This document shows, in pieces, positions 23,550 through 24,000 of a stretch of DNA of 24,000 nucleotides. Source of the DNA: an uncultured Anaerococcus sp. (lineage in GTDB: Bacteria > Bacillota > Clostridia > Tissierellales > Peptoniphilaceae); assembly GCF_963510575.1 (NCBI RefSeq), contig NZ_CAUPFR010000006.1, positions 3,119-27,118 on the forward strand, given 5' to 3'. The position numbers were made by a program, and so were the translations under genes. Every line of letters begins with the position of its first letter. Within the stretch, counting starts at the first letter, position 1. The notes below the pieces were generated by a model that saw only the letters and a list, made by a program, of their open reading frames with translations, ran no database searches and had not been told where the DNA came from.

Positions 23550-23823
23550 AATATAAATCTATCCATTTTGGGTTCATTTTACTTATTATTTTATCTTTCT
23601 TTTTTCTAGACCATTTACCAACTTGGTGTTCCCTTGCTCTTGCGCTTTGGATATCATCATAGCATTCATAATATATCAACCTTGTCACATTGTATTTGTC
23701 AGTGAAGCTATCTTTCAATAGGTGTTCCTTATGCTCGTAGATTCTTCTGATTAAGTCGGTTGTTGAGCCTTTATATAATACTTCGTTTGTTTCATTTGCG
23801 AGCATATAAAAATAAGCTGCCAT
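23533..23823 (-). CDS. Small stand-alone GIY-YIG nuclease family protein (URI-domain only)
   Basis: 96 aa. 'YFYMLANETNEVLYKGSTTDLIRRIYEHK' carries the GIY and YIG elements plus the conserved Arg. 'ARAREHQVGKWSRKKK...MNPKW' carries the catalytic Glu region. RBS AAGGAGA. Confidence 0.8.
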   Translation of the reverse strand: MAAYFYMLANETNEVLYKGSTTDLIRRIYEHKEHLLKDSFTDKYNVTRLIYYECYDDIQSARAREHQVGKWSRKKKDKIISKMNPKWIDLYWGLLG

Positions 23824-23848
23824 AACTTCTCCTTCATATTTATTAATA

Positions 23849-23876
23849 TTTATATACCCAATATTTTGTTTGTCAA
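23849..23876 (-). promoter_or_regulatory. Near-consensus promoter dedicated to the GIY-YIG gene
   Basis: On the minus strand: TTGACA (23871-23876), 16-nt spacer, TATAAA (23849-23854). Confidence 0.5.
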
Positions 23877-23888
23877 AATTTTAAATTT

Positions 23889-24000
23889 AATTACAAAAAC
23901 ATCCCAAGTCCCAACCAGAGCTAATCCTTTGTTGGTCCAGAGATTTCTCCATAGTTTACCTCGAGCGTAGTCGAGAGGAAACAAGGGGTAGTGTTTGACT
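23889..24000 (+). repeat. Repeat copy A4: left arm plus core (long hairpin variant), cut by the window edge
   Basis: 'ATTACAAAAACATCCCAAGTCCCAACCAGAGCTAATCCTTTGTTGGTCCAGAGATTTCTCCA', then an imperfect hairpin GTTTaCCTCGA/TCGAGaGGaAAC (23954-23982), then 'AAGGGGTAGTG'. Confidence 0.8.

Noticed and set aside
22848-23662. Six overlapping track ORFs (62-103 aa) on both strands across the repeat mosaic (22848-23096, 22889-23125, 22894-23121, 23116-23319, 23185-23496, 23471-23662)
   Set aside because: They are read-throughs of the GC-rich repeats. The same DNA is open in several frames and on both strands. The products are low-complexity Arg/Ser/Pro/Gly strings, and there are no RBSs. Shared peptides such as 'MVKVS' simply reflect the repeated 17-mer.
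22895-24000. Integron attC sites or a cassette array?
   Set aside because: The hairpin-with-conserved-ends architecture is superficially similar. However, the ends do not fit R''/R' (RYYYAAC/GTTRRRY), and there is no intI gene or attI. Most units have no cassette ORF between them.

Overview
AT-rich, densely coding bacterial window that looks like a low-GC Gram-positive. The surface protein style suggests a Peptoniphilaceae/Anaerococcus-like anaerobic coccus, but that is a guess. Left third (1-8.6 kb): housekeeping and accessory genes. These are the 3' end of a P-type cation ATPase, a split pair of short chromate-transporter genes, a secreted glucosaminidase-like protein, a secreted thermonuclease, a HAD hydrolase, an orphan LarA-family racemase, a MATE exporter and a sugar O-acetyltransferase. 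Centre (8.7-18.9 kb): one tightly packed 11-gene unit bracketed by terminators. It encodes a PRD/HTH regulator, a cytoplasmic glycosylasparaginase-type Ntn hydrolase, lactose/cellobiose-family PTS EIIA, EIIB and EIIC (with an RDD membrane protein inserted between EIIA and EIIB), a stand-alone GrdB-N-terminal-like protein, a catalytically degenerate M42 paralog next to an intact M42 peptidase, an M20 dipeptidase and an uncharacterised TIM-barrel-like protein. It has no phospho-glycosidase. I propose it is an undescribed PTS-dependent glycopeptide (GlcNAc-Asn type) utilisation system. Right part (18.9-24 kb): an HSL-type esterase, a two-domain PPK2, an NPKTG-anchored coiled-coil surface protein, then a 1.1 kb intergenic mosaic. 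The mosaic holds 7 copies, in both orientations, of a GC-rich repeat core (conserved blocks flanking a variable hairpin). A small GIY-YIG nuclease gene with its own consensus promoter sits between two repeat copies. All calls come from reading the ORF translations and the DNA by eye; no searches were run.
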